Part shown: piece by piece, positions 1 through 9,056 of the stretch
How positions within the stretch are numbered: the stretch's first letter is position 1
Layout: each line of letters opens with the position of its first letter
Assembly (NCBI GenBank): GCA_025839675.1
Contig: CP104013.1
Location: 5,460,001-5,492,000 of the forward strand
Length of the DNA stretch: 32,000 nucleotides
DNA from: Candidatus Lokiarchaeum ossiferum
Lineage (GTDB): Archaea; Asgardarchaeota; Lokiarchaeia; Sigyniarchaeales; Promethearchaeaceae
Direction: 5' to 3'
The notes under the pieces: generated by a model
Told to the model about the DNA's origin: nothing
Database searches by the model: none
Seen by the model: the letters and a program-made list of their open reading frames with translations, nothing else
Position numbers and translations under genes: made by a program

Positions 1-1255
1 TATCATTGTCCATCTGCCACGTGGCTGTATTATGTTTAAGTAATCGGAACTCAGAAAATGTTTTAAACAAATTTTGAAAATGAGGTGCGGACATTTCTGA
101 AACTTGACTGGAAACTTTATTTGTCGAGAAATCAGAAAGAATTACACTATTCTCATTGATTAATAAGAGTGCTTGAGCATTAATTTCCTGTGCAAACCAT
201 TTCAATTGTTCGCGCAAAATCTCCCTATTTGGGGACATGAGCGAAATCCCTTCTGAAAAAGACTTATTGAGACTATAAGCGTTAAAGATTGATGTGTTAA
301 AAAATTTGACTCGAAAATCCTTGGAATTTTCAAGTATTCGATTTTTAAGCAATTCAATTTTTTTTGTTAACTCATGATCTTCTTTGATATCAGGATCAGC
401 TTTGTGAAAATTAACAACAATTGGTGGGTGTTGTTTAAAGGATCGAAATATATTTAAAATTTGAAAGAGAAATTCTAAGGCTTCCACATAACGCGTTTCA
501 TCTCTGATATCAATTAAAAAATTTAATAAATTGGTATCGAAGAGATAAAGATCGGCTTGTTTCAGAAAATTCTGCCGGTATTTTAGCTGTCCGCCCACAT
601 CCCATTCGAGTAAACTTTGCCCCAACATTTGATCTTGGGAACGTTCGATTCCTTTAGTGGGCTTTATTCCTGTTAGTTCACTATATCGTTGCTTAATAGC
701 TCTTAGATAACTTGTCTTTCCGCTCGCATCCAAACCAGTAAATAATAATTTCAATTTTCGTGCATTGCTTATCGGTGAATTTACGTTTGAAACAAATTTA
801 TCCACTTTTTCTAAAAGTTCCACCATAAATTCTTTTGAATCTTTTAGATAATTATCATGAGTTATTTTATCTGCTGTTTCTGAGAAATATATTGATAAAT
901 CCTTCATATTCTCATATAAGAACGCTGCATGATTTTCATCAACAAGAATTGAAATTGTGGAGGCTTTTGCTTGGCCGCGAGCTTCCTTATCGTGGATAAG
1001 GAAGAAATATGTTAATCCGGTGAGACATAAATCTGGAAATGGTAAGATACCGAAATATTTGATGGAATCAAAAACTTGCCCTTCTTGGTAGATTTGTTCT
1101 CCCATGAGAAGTGAAATAGTTTTCATTGAAATGTTGATCTTATGGATTTCTGACATGTCTTCTGGAAAAGTTACCACGGGGGTGGGACCTTCATACTCAA
1201 AGACGGCAAAAATCAAACCCTTTATTATATTCGTTAACGATATTGCAGTTCCCAA
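1..1255 (-). CDS. Rag/Gtr-like small GTPase with N-terminal longin-like domain and C-terminal roadblock-like domain (partial; C-terminus runs off the window)
   Basis: Absent from the supplied ORF track because it is open to the window edge. I translated the minus strand by hand and found no stop from 1255 down to position 2. An in-frame TGA lies just upstream of a TTG at 1255..1253. N-terminal part: IIKGLIFAVFEYEGPTPVVTFP...KTISLLM...YFGILPFPDLCLTGLTYFF...STISILVDENHAAFLY. GTPase motifs: G1 LLFTGLDASGKTS, G3 WDVGGQ, G4 FHKAD, G5 NTSIFN. Roadblock-like stretch: EINAQALLLINENSVILSDF. It is collinear with the 514-aa paralogue at 18137..19681. Confidence 0.75.
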   Translation of the reverse strand, partial: MGTAISLTNIIKGLIFAVFEYEGPTPVVTFPEDMSEIHKINISMKTISLLMGEQIYQEGQVFDSIKYFGILPFPDLCLTGLTYFFLIHDKEARGQAKASTISILVDENHAAFLYENMKDLSIYFSETADKITHDNYLKDSKEFMVELLEKVDKFVSNVNSPISNARKLKLLFTGLDASGKTSYLRAIKQRYSELTGIKPTKGIERSQDQMLGQSLLEWDVGGQLKYRQNFLKQADLYLFDTNLLNFLIDIRDETRYVEALEFLFQILNIFRSFKQHPPIVVNFHKADPDIKEDHELTKKIELLKNRILENSKDFRVKFFNTSIFNAYSLNKSFSEGISLMSPNREILREQLKWFAQEINAQALLLINENSVILSDFSTNKVSSQVSEMSAPHFQNLFKTFSEFRLLKHNTATWQMDND

Positions 1256-1337
1256 TATTACCCCTCAACATTTCAATCTAGAAAATGATCTATGTATCAC
1301 ATTATATTTCCTTCTATTTTATTTTATTTGTATCAAT

Positions 1338-2171
1338 ATGTCAGATGTTGATCGATTATTGAAGGATTTAATTAAGAATCTATACCTTTTATACGAGTTT
1401 GAGAAACCTTCCAATTATCCTATAAATTTTGATTCGGGTTTATCACTCTTAGACACACCTACGAAAGAAAAAAAGAATGAAATATCGAAAAAAAACTCTC
1501 GTAACTTTCAATTGAAGAAACAAACTTCCTCACAAAGCCAAATAAAATTTCAAAAAAGTATGATTCAAAAATTGATGGATAATACTTATAGATTTGTCCC
1601 TGAAAATCGCATCTTTAAGAATTATTTTCACTGTTTTCAATATGTTTCCACGAAGTACTCTATGGAGTCAATCATTGATTCATTTTCTTGGCAAGAATTT
1701 GAAAAATTCATTGTGACTGCTTTAAATCATTATGGTTTTCATGCTTTTCGGACATTTCGGTATACTATCAATGAAAAACGCCACGAAGTGGATATTATCG
1801 CACGTGAAAACCGCAAAATTCTATTTATTGATGCAAAACATTGGAGTTCCCGTACTGTGAATATGGGTGCTTTGAAAAAAGCAGCAGTAGATCAAAAATT
1901 GCGTGCTTTAAATCTAATCACTGATAGGGTTTTATGCGGGAAATTACTTGAAAACTTGCAATATTTACCTCAATCTAAATTTAGATCCTTCCAAATTTTT
2001 CCCATTATTCTCGTTTCCAATAAAATTCAACATTTTCACATAGAAGATGGAGTTCCCATTTTATCAATATCACATTTTAATCATTTTTTAAACAATTTTT
2101 CCAAAATTGAATTTGATCTATCACCAATTGATATGAAAACTATCAATTTTCAAAAGAAACTGAAATTTTAA
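1338..2171 (+). CDS. PD-(D/E)xK restriction-endonuclease-fold (Mrr-cat-like) protein
   Basis: The core WQEFEKFIVTALNHYGFHAFRTFRYTINEKRHEVDIIARENRKILFIDAKHWS matches the Mrr_cat pattern (helix, D, (D/E)xK = VDII...IDAK). I place the start at ATG 1338 (MSDVDRLLKDL...). The track start at 1104 would overlap the N-terminal coding region of the divergent GTPase gene. Confidence 0.5.
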   Translation: MSDVDRLLKDLIKNLYLLYEFEKPSNYPINFDSGLSLLDTPTKEKKNEISKKNSRNFQLKKQTSSQSQIKFQKSMIQKLMDNTYRFVPENRIFKNYFHCFQYVSTKYSMESIIDSFSWQEFEKFIVTALNHYGFHAFRTFRYTINEKRHEVDIIARENRKILFIDAKHWSSRTVNMGALKKAAVDQKLRALNLITDRVLCGKLLENLQYLPQSKFRSFQIFPIILVSNKIQHFHIEDGVPILSISHFNHFLNNFSKIEFDLSPIDMKTINFQKKLKF

Positions 2172-3154
2172 TCAATATTTTGAGGGTGCAAAATAAAATT
2201 GGTGTGTTCCTTAAGTTCCTCTGGAATTGATGCGATTCTATTTCCATTCAAAGTGAATCTTTTTAAATCGTAAAGCAATTCCAAATTGGGTGGGACATAT
2301 TCTATGAGATTGTGTGACAAATTTAATTCTTCAATATTGGGTAATTCGCAGATATGCTTTGGTAGACTTAAGAGTTTATTATTTTCCATAGATAATATTT
2401 TGAGATTCTTAAGATTTTGAATAAATTTTGGGAGGTAGGTAATTTCATTATTGCTCCCATAGATCTTTTCAAGTTTTTTTAATTCGATAATGGATTTTGG
2501 TAGGTGAGTTATTTGATTCTCTTCAAAATCCAACTCTTTTAGGTGTCTAAGGTCTTGAAAATTCGTTGGTAATGTTGTTAGTTGATTTTGACTGATTTTC
2601 AGAATGATTAAGTTAGAAAGATTTGAAAAATTATCGGGTAATGATTTAAACTGGTTGCGTTTTAAATCGAGATATTTTAAACTGGCTAACTTTGAAAATG
2701 ATGTGGGTAAAATTTGCATCACATTGTTGTAAGCCTTAAAGGTTTCTAATTTTCGCAAGTTTCCTATGCTTTGGGGTAAATATTCTAATTCATTGGAGGA
2801 AACATCTAAATAAACGAGTTGCTGACAGTTTTCAATGGATGGAGGTATTTCTTTAATTTTGTTTGATTCAATAACTAACGCTTTCAAGTGAGCCAAATTT
2901 CCAATATTCTCTGGAAGATTTTTAAGTCCTTTTGAATAAAGTCCTAAGCCGGTGACGTGGATTCCTTCTTGAAAATATCCAAAGGTGGAGTATTTAAATT
3001 TTGAAACAAGGGGTATTTTTTCGCCAAGCAATGTTTCTAATTCCATTAATACCTCATATTCTTCCTTAAGAAGTGAATTTTCATGGTATTTTTTCATGGT
3101 TTCCGAAGTAGTCATCAATAGAAATTGTGCTTTTATTTTTTTTAAACCTTCCAT
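2168..3154 (-). CDS. Leucine-rich repeat protein (about 10 repeats of 23 aa, cytosolic type)
   Basis: Tandem 23-residue units of the form LxxLxxLxLxxNxLxxLPxxI. Examples: IGNLRKLETFKAYNNVMQILPTS, FSNLSNLIILKISQNQLTTLPTN, IQNLKNLKILSMENNKLLSLPKH. No signal peptide or TM segment is visible. Its stop overlaps the convergent gene stop at 2168-2171. Confidence 0.85.
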   Translation of the reverse strand: MEGLKKIKAQFLLMTTSETMKKYHENSLLKEEYEVLMELETLLGEKIPLVSKFKYSTFGYFQEGIHVTGLGLYSKGLKNLPENIGNLAHLKALVIESNKIKEIPPSIENCQQLVYLDVSSNELEYLPQSIGNLRKLETFKAYNNVMQILPTSFSKLASLKYLDLKRNQFKSLPDNFSNLSNLIILKISQNQLTTLPTNFQDLRHLKELDFEENQITHLPKSIIELKKLEKIYGSNNEITYLPKFIQNLKNLKILSMENNKLLSLPKHICELPNIEELNLSHNLIEYVPPNLELLYDLKRFTLNGNRIASIPEELKEHTNFILHPQNID

Positions 3155-3322
3155 TATTCGAAGTATTTTGAAAGATTGATTGTTTCATGATATAAAATTT
3201 TCATATCCCAAATATTGTGAAAATTTAAAGGCCTAACATTAATTATTATATATAAGAAACATGTGAATCATTATTATTAATACCAACAATAGTGGCCATG
3301 AGAAAGTGATTGGAGTGATATT

Positions 3323-5968
3323 ATGTTAACTTTTAATACTCTATTTAGAGCCAAAGATCGAATTTATTTACCATCATTGGTAGGTATCGTGATTACTATT
3401 TCTTTATTTACGGGAATGAACTTCTTTTTTGAAGCCAGTCAAAAGGCAAATTTTTCTGAGACATTTAAGATGTGTAATGACATAGAGATTTACCAAGATC
3501 ATCCCATATTTTATTTGGATGGGACTCGATGTTGTTATCCTAATACGAAATTCTGCGAAATTTTTCGGGAGAATGATGTCATAGCCAATGAACTTGTTGA
3601 AAATTCTTTATTAAAAATTAAAGGTATGTATCGAATGGGGGCAATAATGTTTGATAGAGGCTATTTCGTTCTAAATGATTACAAACAAAGAATCCATCCA
3701 AATTTAACAAAAACAATTGATTATTTCTTATCTATGAACGCAACGAGAGTACAATTTGAATTTTTTGAAACAGAATTCTATCATTCTGAGACTTTTCACG
3801 ATTATTTTAAAATTCTTAATGGGAGATTTCCTCGCAATAATTCAGAATTTTTAATTGATTATACTACTGCTTTAAAATATGGGGTCAAAGTAGGTGAAAA
3901 TCGAAACTTTACTTTCCGAACTGGAAATATTTGGCAAGCTGAACAAGATTTAGTTGTTCCAAATTTAATAGATTACTCTCTTCAAAATGCATCAATATGT
4001 GGGATTTATTTACCTCGGTATTATGAAACCAAATTTAATGATGAAACATTTTACTACTCATATACATTTGAAGATTTTCAGAATGGTTGTATATACAAAC
4101 AAAAGATGGTAGAAAACCCTATTATTTTTTGTTGGTCCAATTTTTCTTTACCCAATTGGAATCATCAAGTAGCAAGTTTAATCCAATCAATGGAGGATGA
4201 TCCTGCTTACACCTTGCGTTATTGGAATGGAGAGTTTTTTATTAATGGGGCTACAGGTTCTTCGTATGTAATTTTTTATCAGCGAGAAACTATTGATTAC
4301 AAAAAACTAAATCAAGAATCAGCCCAAATAGTTCAGCAAATTCGATACATTGGCAAATATTTACCTTTTCATTCAAGCATAAGAAGTTATGTTGAATACA
4401 CAATGGGAAAATATTTGACTGATATCCAAAATTTTCGCACAAATCTTTTTTTAATGAGTATTCCGATGATCTTAGGTTCCATTTTAATAGGTTCAAGCTT
4501 TCAAAAATCTTTAGAAAACAAGCGATTAAGGGAAGTCTTTCTATTAAGATGCAAAGGGGTTGATCTAAAACATATTAATAGACAATTATTGATGGAAATT
4601 ATTTCTTTAATTGCAATATCATGGATTTTTGGTGTTTTACTTGGAAATCTCACTTTCTATTTATTTTATGCCATTATGGGTGATTTGTTTTTAGATCCGA
4701 CTTTCAATGGCATTATATATCCCAATATCTCAGCAAATCCTTTAATTCTATCCGCGGTAATATGTTGCCTTGAAACTATAGTGATTTATTATCCTTTACG
4801 CAAAAAAATTAAAAAACAACACTTTAATGAGCTAAATCATTCCCTAAATTCTCCATTTGCAAATTCAGACGGTTTCGAGGTTCTTTATGATAAAATCCAA
4901 AAAACAAGTAGAAGTAAGTGCTTCATAAAACAACTATTTTATATGAAGAGAAAAAAATCTCAAAATATTTCTGAAAACTTGCGTAGAGCGGATTCTGAAG
5001 ATGTTATATATGATTATGGGCCTGATCATGATTCTAAAATTGATCTTTTTAAGATCAAATCGATTTTTGTCAAGCGATTGATAACTTTGGCACTTGTATT
5101 CATCCCATTGTTTTTCATATCAATCACAATATATAGCTATTTTTTTCCAATCCCTGATAATTTAAAACAGTCTGCAACATTTTTTAAACAAAATCCATTC
5201 ATGCTTGAAATTATTTTGATGAGTTCTATGGTATTGATGACCGTAAGTTTTTCAAGATTCATATTTCAAGACAGTCCATCTCTTTTTATTCGAGTCGTTA
5301 AGTGGATTTCGCATATTTTTGTAAAGGATTATGACACTCTTATCTCTATGGAAATAATTGGCAAAAAGAAATGGCTCAATAATTTAATTCTATATTCCAG
5401 TTTTATTAGCCTATTAGTATTCACAAACTTTATGTTTCAGAATAATGTTATGCTCTTCAATACATTCGAGTATTATGCTAATCAAAAGTTTGAATTTGTC
5501 TATGAATTGTTGCCCAATGATAAAGACGCATTGAAATTCTATAATTTTTTCTTCAAATTTTTAATTGTATCAAGTTTTTTTATCTTAATTGAATCTGCAA
5601 TTTTGCAAATCCTCCTCTTTAAAGAAAATCATATCATAAACCAGAGTCTAATGACTCGAGGGTTGACAACTTCAAAGTTATATAGAATTCTCCTTTTTGA
5701 ATCCATTATCATTTTTCTTTTAGGTTCTTTAATAGGCATAATTATTGGGGTTTTCTATGGGTTATTGACTTCCTATAATAGTTTTTTAAGATGGAATATT
5801 GTATATCTGCAAGATTTGGATCTCATTATTGATTTTGTGTCTCTAATTTCTCTGGAAATTGGGAAAATCTTGGTCATTATTTTAGGTGTTTTTGTTTTAA
5901 GTACTTCCCTCTTCTTTATTTATGCAATTAATCGAAAAAAACTCACATCTCATCCAAATGCATTGTGA
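3323..5968 (+). CDS. Double FtsX-module (MacB/YbbP-like) integral membrane protein with large extracytoplasmic domain, paralogue 1
   Basis: 881 aa. N-terminal TM (LPSLVGIVITISLFTGMNFFF) is followed by a roughly 340-aa hydrophilic Cys- and sequon-containing domain. FtsX-type module 1: KRLREVFLLRCKGVDLKHINRQLLMEIISL plus TMs. Then a cytoplasmic linker and FtsX-type module 2: ENHIINQSLMTRGLTTSKLYRILLFESIIIFLLGSLIG. An SD-like GGAGTGA lies 7 nt upstream of the ATG. Confidence 0.75.
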   Translation: MLTFNTLFRAKDRIYLPSLVGIVITISLFTGMNFFFEASQKANFSETFKMCNDIEIYQDHPIFYLDGTRCCYPNTKFCEIFRENDVIANELVENSLLKIKGMYRMGAIMFDRGYFVLNDYKQRIHPNLTKTIDYFLSMNATRVQFEFFETEFYHSETFHDYFKILNGRFPRNNSEFLIDYTTALKYGVKVGENRNFTFRTGNIWQAEQDLVVPNLIDYSLQNASICGIYLPRYYETKFNDETFYYSYTFEDFQNGCIYKQKMVENPIIFCWSNFSLPNWNHQVASLIQSMEDDPAYTLRYWNGEFFINGATGSSYVIFYQRETIDYKKLNQESAQIVQQIRYIGKYLPFHSSIRSYVEYTMGKYLTDIQNFRTNLFLMSIPMILGSILIGSSFQKSLENKRLREVFLLRCKGVDLKHINRQLLMEIISLIAISWIFGVLLGNLTFYLFYAIMGDLFLDPTFNGIIYPNISANPLILSAVICCLETIVIYYPLRKKIKKQHFNELNHSLNSPFANSDGFEVLYDKIQKTSRSKCFIKQLFYMKRKKSQNISENLRRADSEDVIYDYGPDHDSKIDLFKIKSIFVKRLITLALVFIPLFFISITIYSYFFPIPDNLKQSATFFKQNPFMLEIILMSSMVLMTVSFSRFIFQDSPSLFIRVVKWISHIFVKDYDTLISMEIIGKKKWLNNLILYSSFISLLVFTNFMFQNNVMLFNTFEYYANQKFEFVYELLPNDKDALKFYNFFFKFLIVSSFFILIESAILQILLFKENHIINQSLMTRGLTTSKLYRILLFESIIIFLLGSLIGIIIGVFYGLLTSYNSFLRWNIVYLQDLDLIIDFVSLISLEIGKILVIILGVFVLSTSLFFIYAINRKKLTSHPNAL

Positions 5969-5973
5969 GTTAA

Positions 5974-5989
5974 TTTTTTCCTTTTTTTT
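5974..5989 (+). terminator. Oligo-T tracts (T6, T8) directly after paralogue 1 stop
   Basis: ttttttccttttttttc begins 6 nt after the TGA at 5966-5968. Oligo-T termination is established for archaeal RNAP. Confidence 0.45.
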
Positions 5990-6222
5990 CCGGACTTCCC
6001 CTATTTCGTTTAAATCAATTTCTTTCATGTGGAGAATGGATACTTTTATAAAAATCACAAAACATGAAAATTGAAAATACAACAGATTAGTACCTATATA
6101 TAAACCGAGCTAATGTTTTTTGTGAAAGTTCATTTTTTTCTCCATCAATAAGTCAGAACTCAAGCAAATCTTTTTTTAATTAAACACCCAAAATAAAATA
6201 ATCTTTCAAAAATGTGAACATC

Positions 6223-8895
6223 ATGTCAAATTTTTCTTCCCTAGCTTCAATTAAAGATAAAATTTCCATCCCCACTTTAGTAGGAGTTGTGATTTCCATC
6301 TCAATGTTTGCGGGGTTAAATTTTTTTTTTGAAGCAAGCCAAAAGGCAAATTTTAATGAGGCTTTTACGAATTGTAATGATATCGAAATCTATCATGAGC
6401 ATGAAATTTGGTATGATGGAGGAGGGGGACGTCATTGTTTTCCAAACCTTCAATTTACTGAGACATTCAAGGCAACTGATTCAAAAGTTAATTCTTTAAT
6501 AAAAAATTCGTCCTTAAAAATTTCAAATGTGAGTAAATCTGCTTCAATTGTGTTTGACAAGGGTTATCTTGTGATAGACCAATATAATCTCACGGGATGT
6601 GAAAATGCTATGAGTAAGGAGGAATATTTGTTGCTAATGAATTCTACTATTACAGGATTTGAATTTTTTGAGTCCAATTTTTATCAAACAGATACTTTTC
6701 ATGATTGTTTTAAGGTTATTGAAGGAGAAACACCAAAAAATTATTCACAATGTTTGATTGACTATACAACAGCTCTAAAATTAGGTTTAAAGGTGGGCGA
6801 ATGTCATAATATTATAATGCGGGAGGGAAGCATTTGGAAAAATCCTTTACTTAATTTTCCCGTAAATACTATGATGCGAGATTATCTTATTGAAAATATG
6901 ACCATTTGTGGAATTTATCTCCCCAAATCCTATAAAACTCAATTTAACGAAGAGTTCTATAAATTTTCATACAATTATGAGGATTATCAAAGTGGAAAAA
7001 ATTATTCTCAAACATTTATTGAAAATCCCGTGATTTTCTGTTGGTCTAACTTCTCGATGCAGGGACAAAATTCTCCTGCTCACTTTTTAATTGAATCCAT
7101 GATGAAGGATCCCGAAAATTTTCAATGGAGAACTGGGCGATTTTTTATTAATGGGGCTACAGGAACGGCATATACTTATTTGTATGAACGCGGAACTCTT
7201 GACTATCAAAATATAAATCAGGATTCAAAACAAATTTATATGCAAATCTATAACATTTCAAACCATCTTCCCTTCTATACTGGAATCCGAAGTTATGTGG
7301 AGTTTACAATGCGACAATTTTTGACAGATATGCAAGATTTTCGCACCAAACTGTTCTATATGAGTCTTCCAATGATGATTTCTACTATTCTTATTGGTTC
7401 CAGCTTTCAGAAATCCATTGAAAAAAAGCGTCTTAATGAACTTTTTTTATTACGTTGTAAAGGAATGAGCAAAAAAAATATTAGATCCGTAATTGCTACA
7501 GAAGGTTTGATATTTATTCTAATTTCCTGGGTATTAGGAATAATATTCGGATGTGTGTTTTTCTATCTTTATTATTTTTTTATGGGAGATCTCTTTCTTA
7601 CCAATAATTATGGAAATTTTATGGTTCCATCAATATCTTCTACTCCTCTGATCATTTCAGGGATAATTTGTAGCCTTGAAGTTGCCCTTATTTATTTTCC
7701 ACTTTGGAAAAAAATTAAAAATCAACACTTCAATGAATTAAATCTAGCCCTTAATTCTCCCTTTGCAGATTCAGAAGAACATTTTGATGAAGTTCAGCAT
7801 AAAATTGATGTAAGCTTAAGGAAAAATCGCACAAATAAAAAAATTTTCACTTCTAAATCCAAAAAAAACTCTTTTCAGAATGATTTAAATCATCATCCAA
7901 AAAATGATTCAACATCCAATCAAACCCCTAAAGACCTTGGTTTAGAAAATGAGATGGGATTTCAACTTCCTAGAATAAAACCCATTTTGTATAAATCCAT
8001 TAAATTTTTAGCCATTGTATTTCTCCCGCTAATTTTTTGTCTTTTAACTGTACTGAGTTATTTTATTCCCATGCCGGATCAATTTTCAACTTTTTCTCAT
8101 TATTTTAAATCCAACTCTTTCATTCTTGAATTAATAATGATGAGCTCTTTAGTATTAATCACTGTCAATTTTTCTCGAATAATATTTCAAGAAAATCCCT
8201 CTATTTTTATTAGAATTGTACGCCGCATTTCTCATTTGTTTGTGAAAGATTATGACAATCTCATCTCGTTAGAATTAGTCGGTAAACGAAAATGGGTGAA
8301 TTATTTAATTTTGGTCTCGAGTTTTACAGGTCTCGTGGTTTTGACAGATTTCATGATGCAAAATAATTTGAAAATTCTCACGATTCTAGAGAATTTTCTA
8401 AATCTGACATACAATGTTGGACTGGATGCACTCCCAGGGGATAACATTTTTGATTCTTTCAATTTTTATCAGCTGTTCTTTAGATTTTTAGTCGTTTCCA
8501 GTTTTTTCATAATCATTGAATCAGCATTGTTGCAAATATTGCTCTACAAAGAAAATCACATTTTAAACCAAAGCCTTAGTATACGGGGACTTACCAATTC
8601 TACGCTATATAAAATATTATTCTTTGAATCGGTTATTGTTTTTATTTTTGGAATAGTAATCGGATATATCATAGGAATTGGATTTGGTCTACTTCTATCC
8701 TTTATCAATTTCTTGAAATGGCAACTCGAATATTTCCAGCATCTTGAAATGACAGTAAGTTTTGAATCTTGTATTGGGTTAGAAAATGGGAATATTTTGT
8801 TACTCCTTCTTAGTATTTTCATATTGAGCATTTCTCTTTTCTTTATTTATGTAATTAATCGAAGGAAGCTAACTCCACGGCCAAACGAATTGTAG
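6223..8895 (+). CDS. Double FtsX-module integral membrane protein, paralogue 2
   Basis: Collinear with paralogues 1 and 3. Shared motifs: EASQKANF, ICGIYLP, FCWSNFS, FINGATG, KRLNELFLLRCKGMS, HFNELN.ALNSPFADSEE, ENHILNQSLSIRGLT. I prefer ATG 6223 (MSNFSSLASIKDKISIP) over the track GTG 6214 because it gives the same N-terminal length as the other two copies. Confidence 0.75.
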   Translation: MSNFSSLASIKDKISIPTLVGVVISISMFAGLNFFFEASQKANFNEAFTNCNDIEIYHEHEIWYDGGGGRHCFPNLQFTETFKATDSKVNSLIKNSSLKISNVSKSASIVFDKGYLVIDQYNLTGCENAMSKEEYLLLMNSTITGFEFFESNFYQTDTFHDCFKVIEGETPKNYSQCLIDYTTALKLGLKVGECHNIIMREGSIWKNPLLNFPVNTMMRDYLIENMTICGIYLPKSYKTQFNEEFYKFSYNYEDYQSGKNYSQTFIENPVIFCWSNFSMQGQNSPAHFLIESMMKDPENFQWRTGRFFINGATGTAYTYLYERGTLDYQNINQDSKQIYMQIYNISNHLPFYTGIRSYVEFTMRQFLTDMQDFRTKLFYMSLPMMISTILIGSSFQKSIEKKRLNELFLLRCKGMSKKNIRSVIATEGLIFILISWVLGIIFGCVFFYLYYFFMGDLFLTNNYGNFMVPSISSTPLIISGIICSLEVALIYFPLWKKIKNQHFNELNLALNSPFADSEEHFDEVQHKIDVSLRKNRTNKKIFTSKSKKNSFQNDLNHHPKNDSTSNQTPKDLGLENEMGFQLPRIKPILYKSIKFLAIVFLPLIFCLLTVLSYFIPMPDQFSTFSHYFKSNSFILELIMMSSLVLITVNFSRIIFQENPSIFIRIVRRISHLFVKDYDNLISLELVGKRKWVNYLILVSSFTGLVVLTDFMMQNNLKILTILENFLNLTYNVGLDALPGDNIFDSFNFYQLFFRFLVVSSFFIIIESALLQILLYKENHILNQSLSIRGLTNSTLYKILFFESVIVFIFGIVIGYIIGIGFGLLLSFINFLKWQLEYFQHLEMTVSFESCIGLENGNILLLLLSIFILSISLFFIYVINRRKLTPRPNEL

Positions 8896-8897
8896 AA

Positions 8898-8907
8898 TTT
8901 TTTTTTT
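8898..8907 (+). terminator. T10 tract 3 nt after paralogue 2 stop
   Basis: tag aa tttttttttt gtg. Confidence 0.5.
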
Positions 8908-9024
8908 GTGATATTTCAATTTTCATTATTGTAATAATTTTAAAATTGAGACTGAATTGATAAGTTCATGAATATCAAGACTAAATAATGGACGGAGAAA
9001 GATATTTTTTTTAATAATTATCGC

Positions 9025-9033
9025 AAATTATAT
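9025..9033 (+). promoter_or_regulatory. TATA-box-like element about 28 nt upstream of the paralogue 3 ATG (would imply a leaderless or near-leaderless mRNA)
   Basis: aaattatat is centred about 28 nt before ATG 9057. No SD-like sequence lies between them. Spacing fits the archaeal TATA-to-TSS distance. AT-rich background makes chance matches likely. Confidence 0.3.
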
Positions 9034-9056
9034 GTATCAGAATATCGTGGTTCACA

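Noticed and set aside
1104-1337. N-terminal 78 codons of the track ORF 1104..2171 (MRSEIVFIEMLILWISDMSS...).
   Set aside because: This stretch overlaps, antisense, the well-supported N-terminal coding region of the GTPase gene, which is homologous to the N-terminus of the 18137 paralogue. The nuclease-fold protein has a clean internal ATG at 1338 in the divergent intergenic gap, so the extension is most likely a non-coding read-through of the ORF finder.
1-2171. Divergent GTPase plus PD-(D/E)xK nuclease pair as a McrBC-like or other GTP-dependent restriction/defence system.
   Set aside because: McrB-type GTPases are AAA+ proteins, whereas this GTPase is a Ras-superfamily Rag-like protein with roadblock and longin modules. 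No methyltransferase, helicase or other defence gene is nearby. The adjacency alone is insufficient.
5890-5968. Conserved C-terminus of the three membrane paralogues (TM + INR(K/R)KLT(S/P)(H/R)PN(A/E)L) as a sorting signal for the archaeosortase-like protein at 19692.
   Set aside because: The hydrophobic segment is the last TM helix of the second FtsX module, not an appended tripartite signal. No PGF-, PEF- or PIP-type motif precedes it. A polytopic membrane protein is an unlikely sortase substrate.
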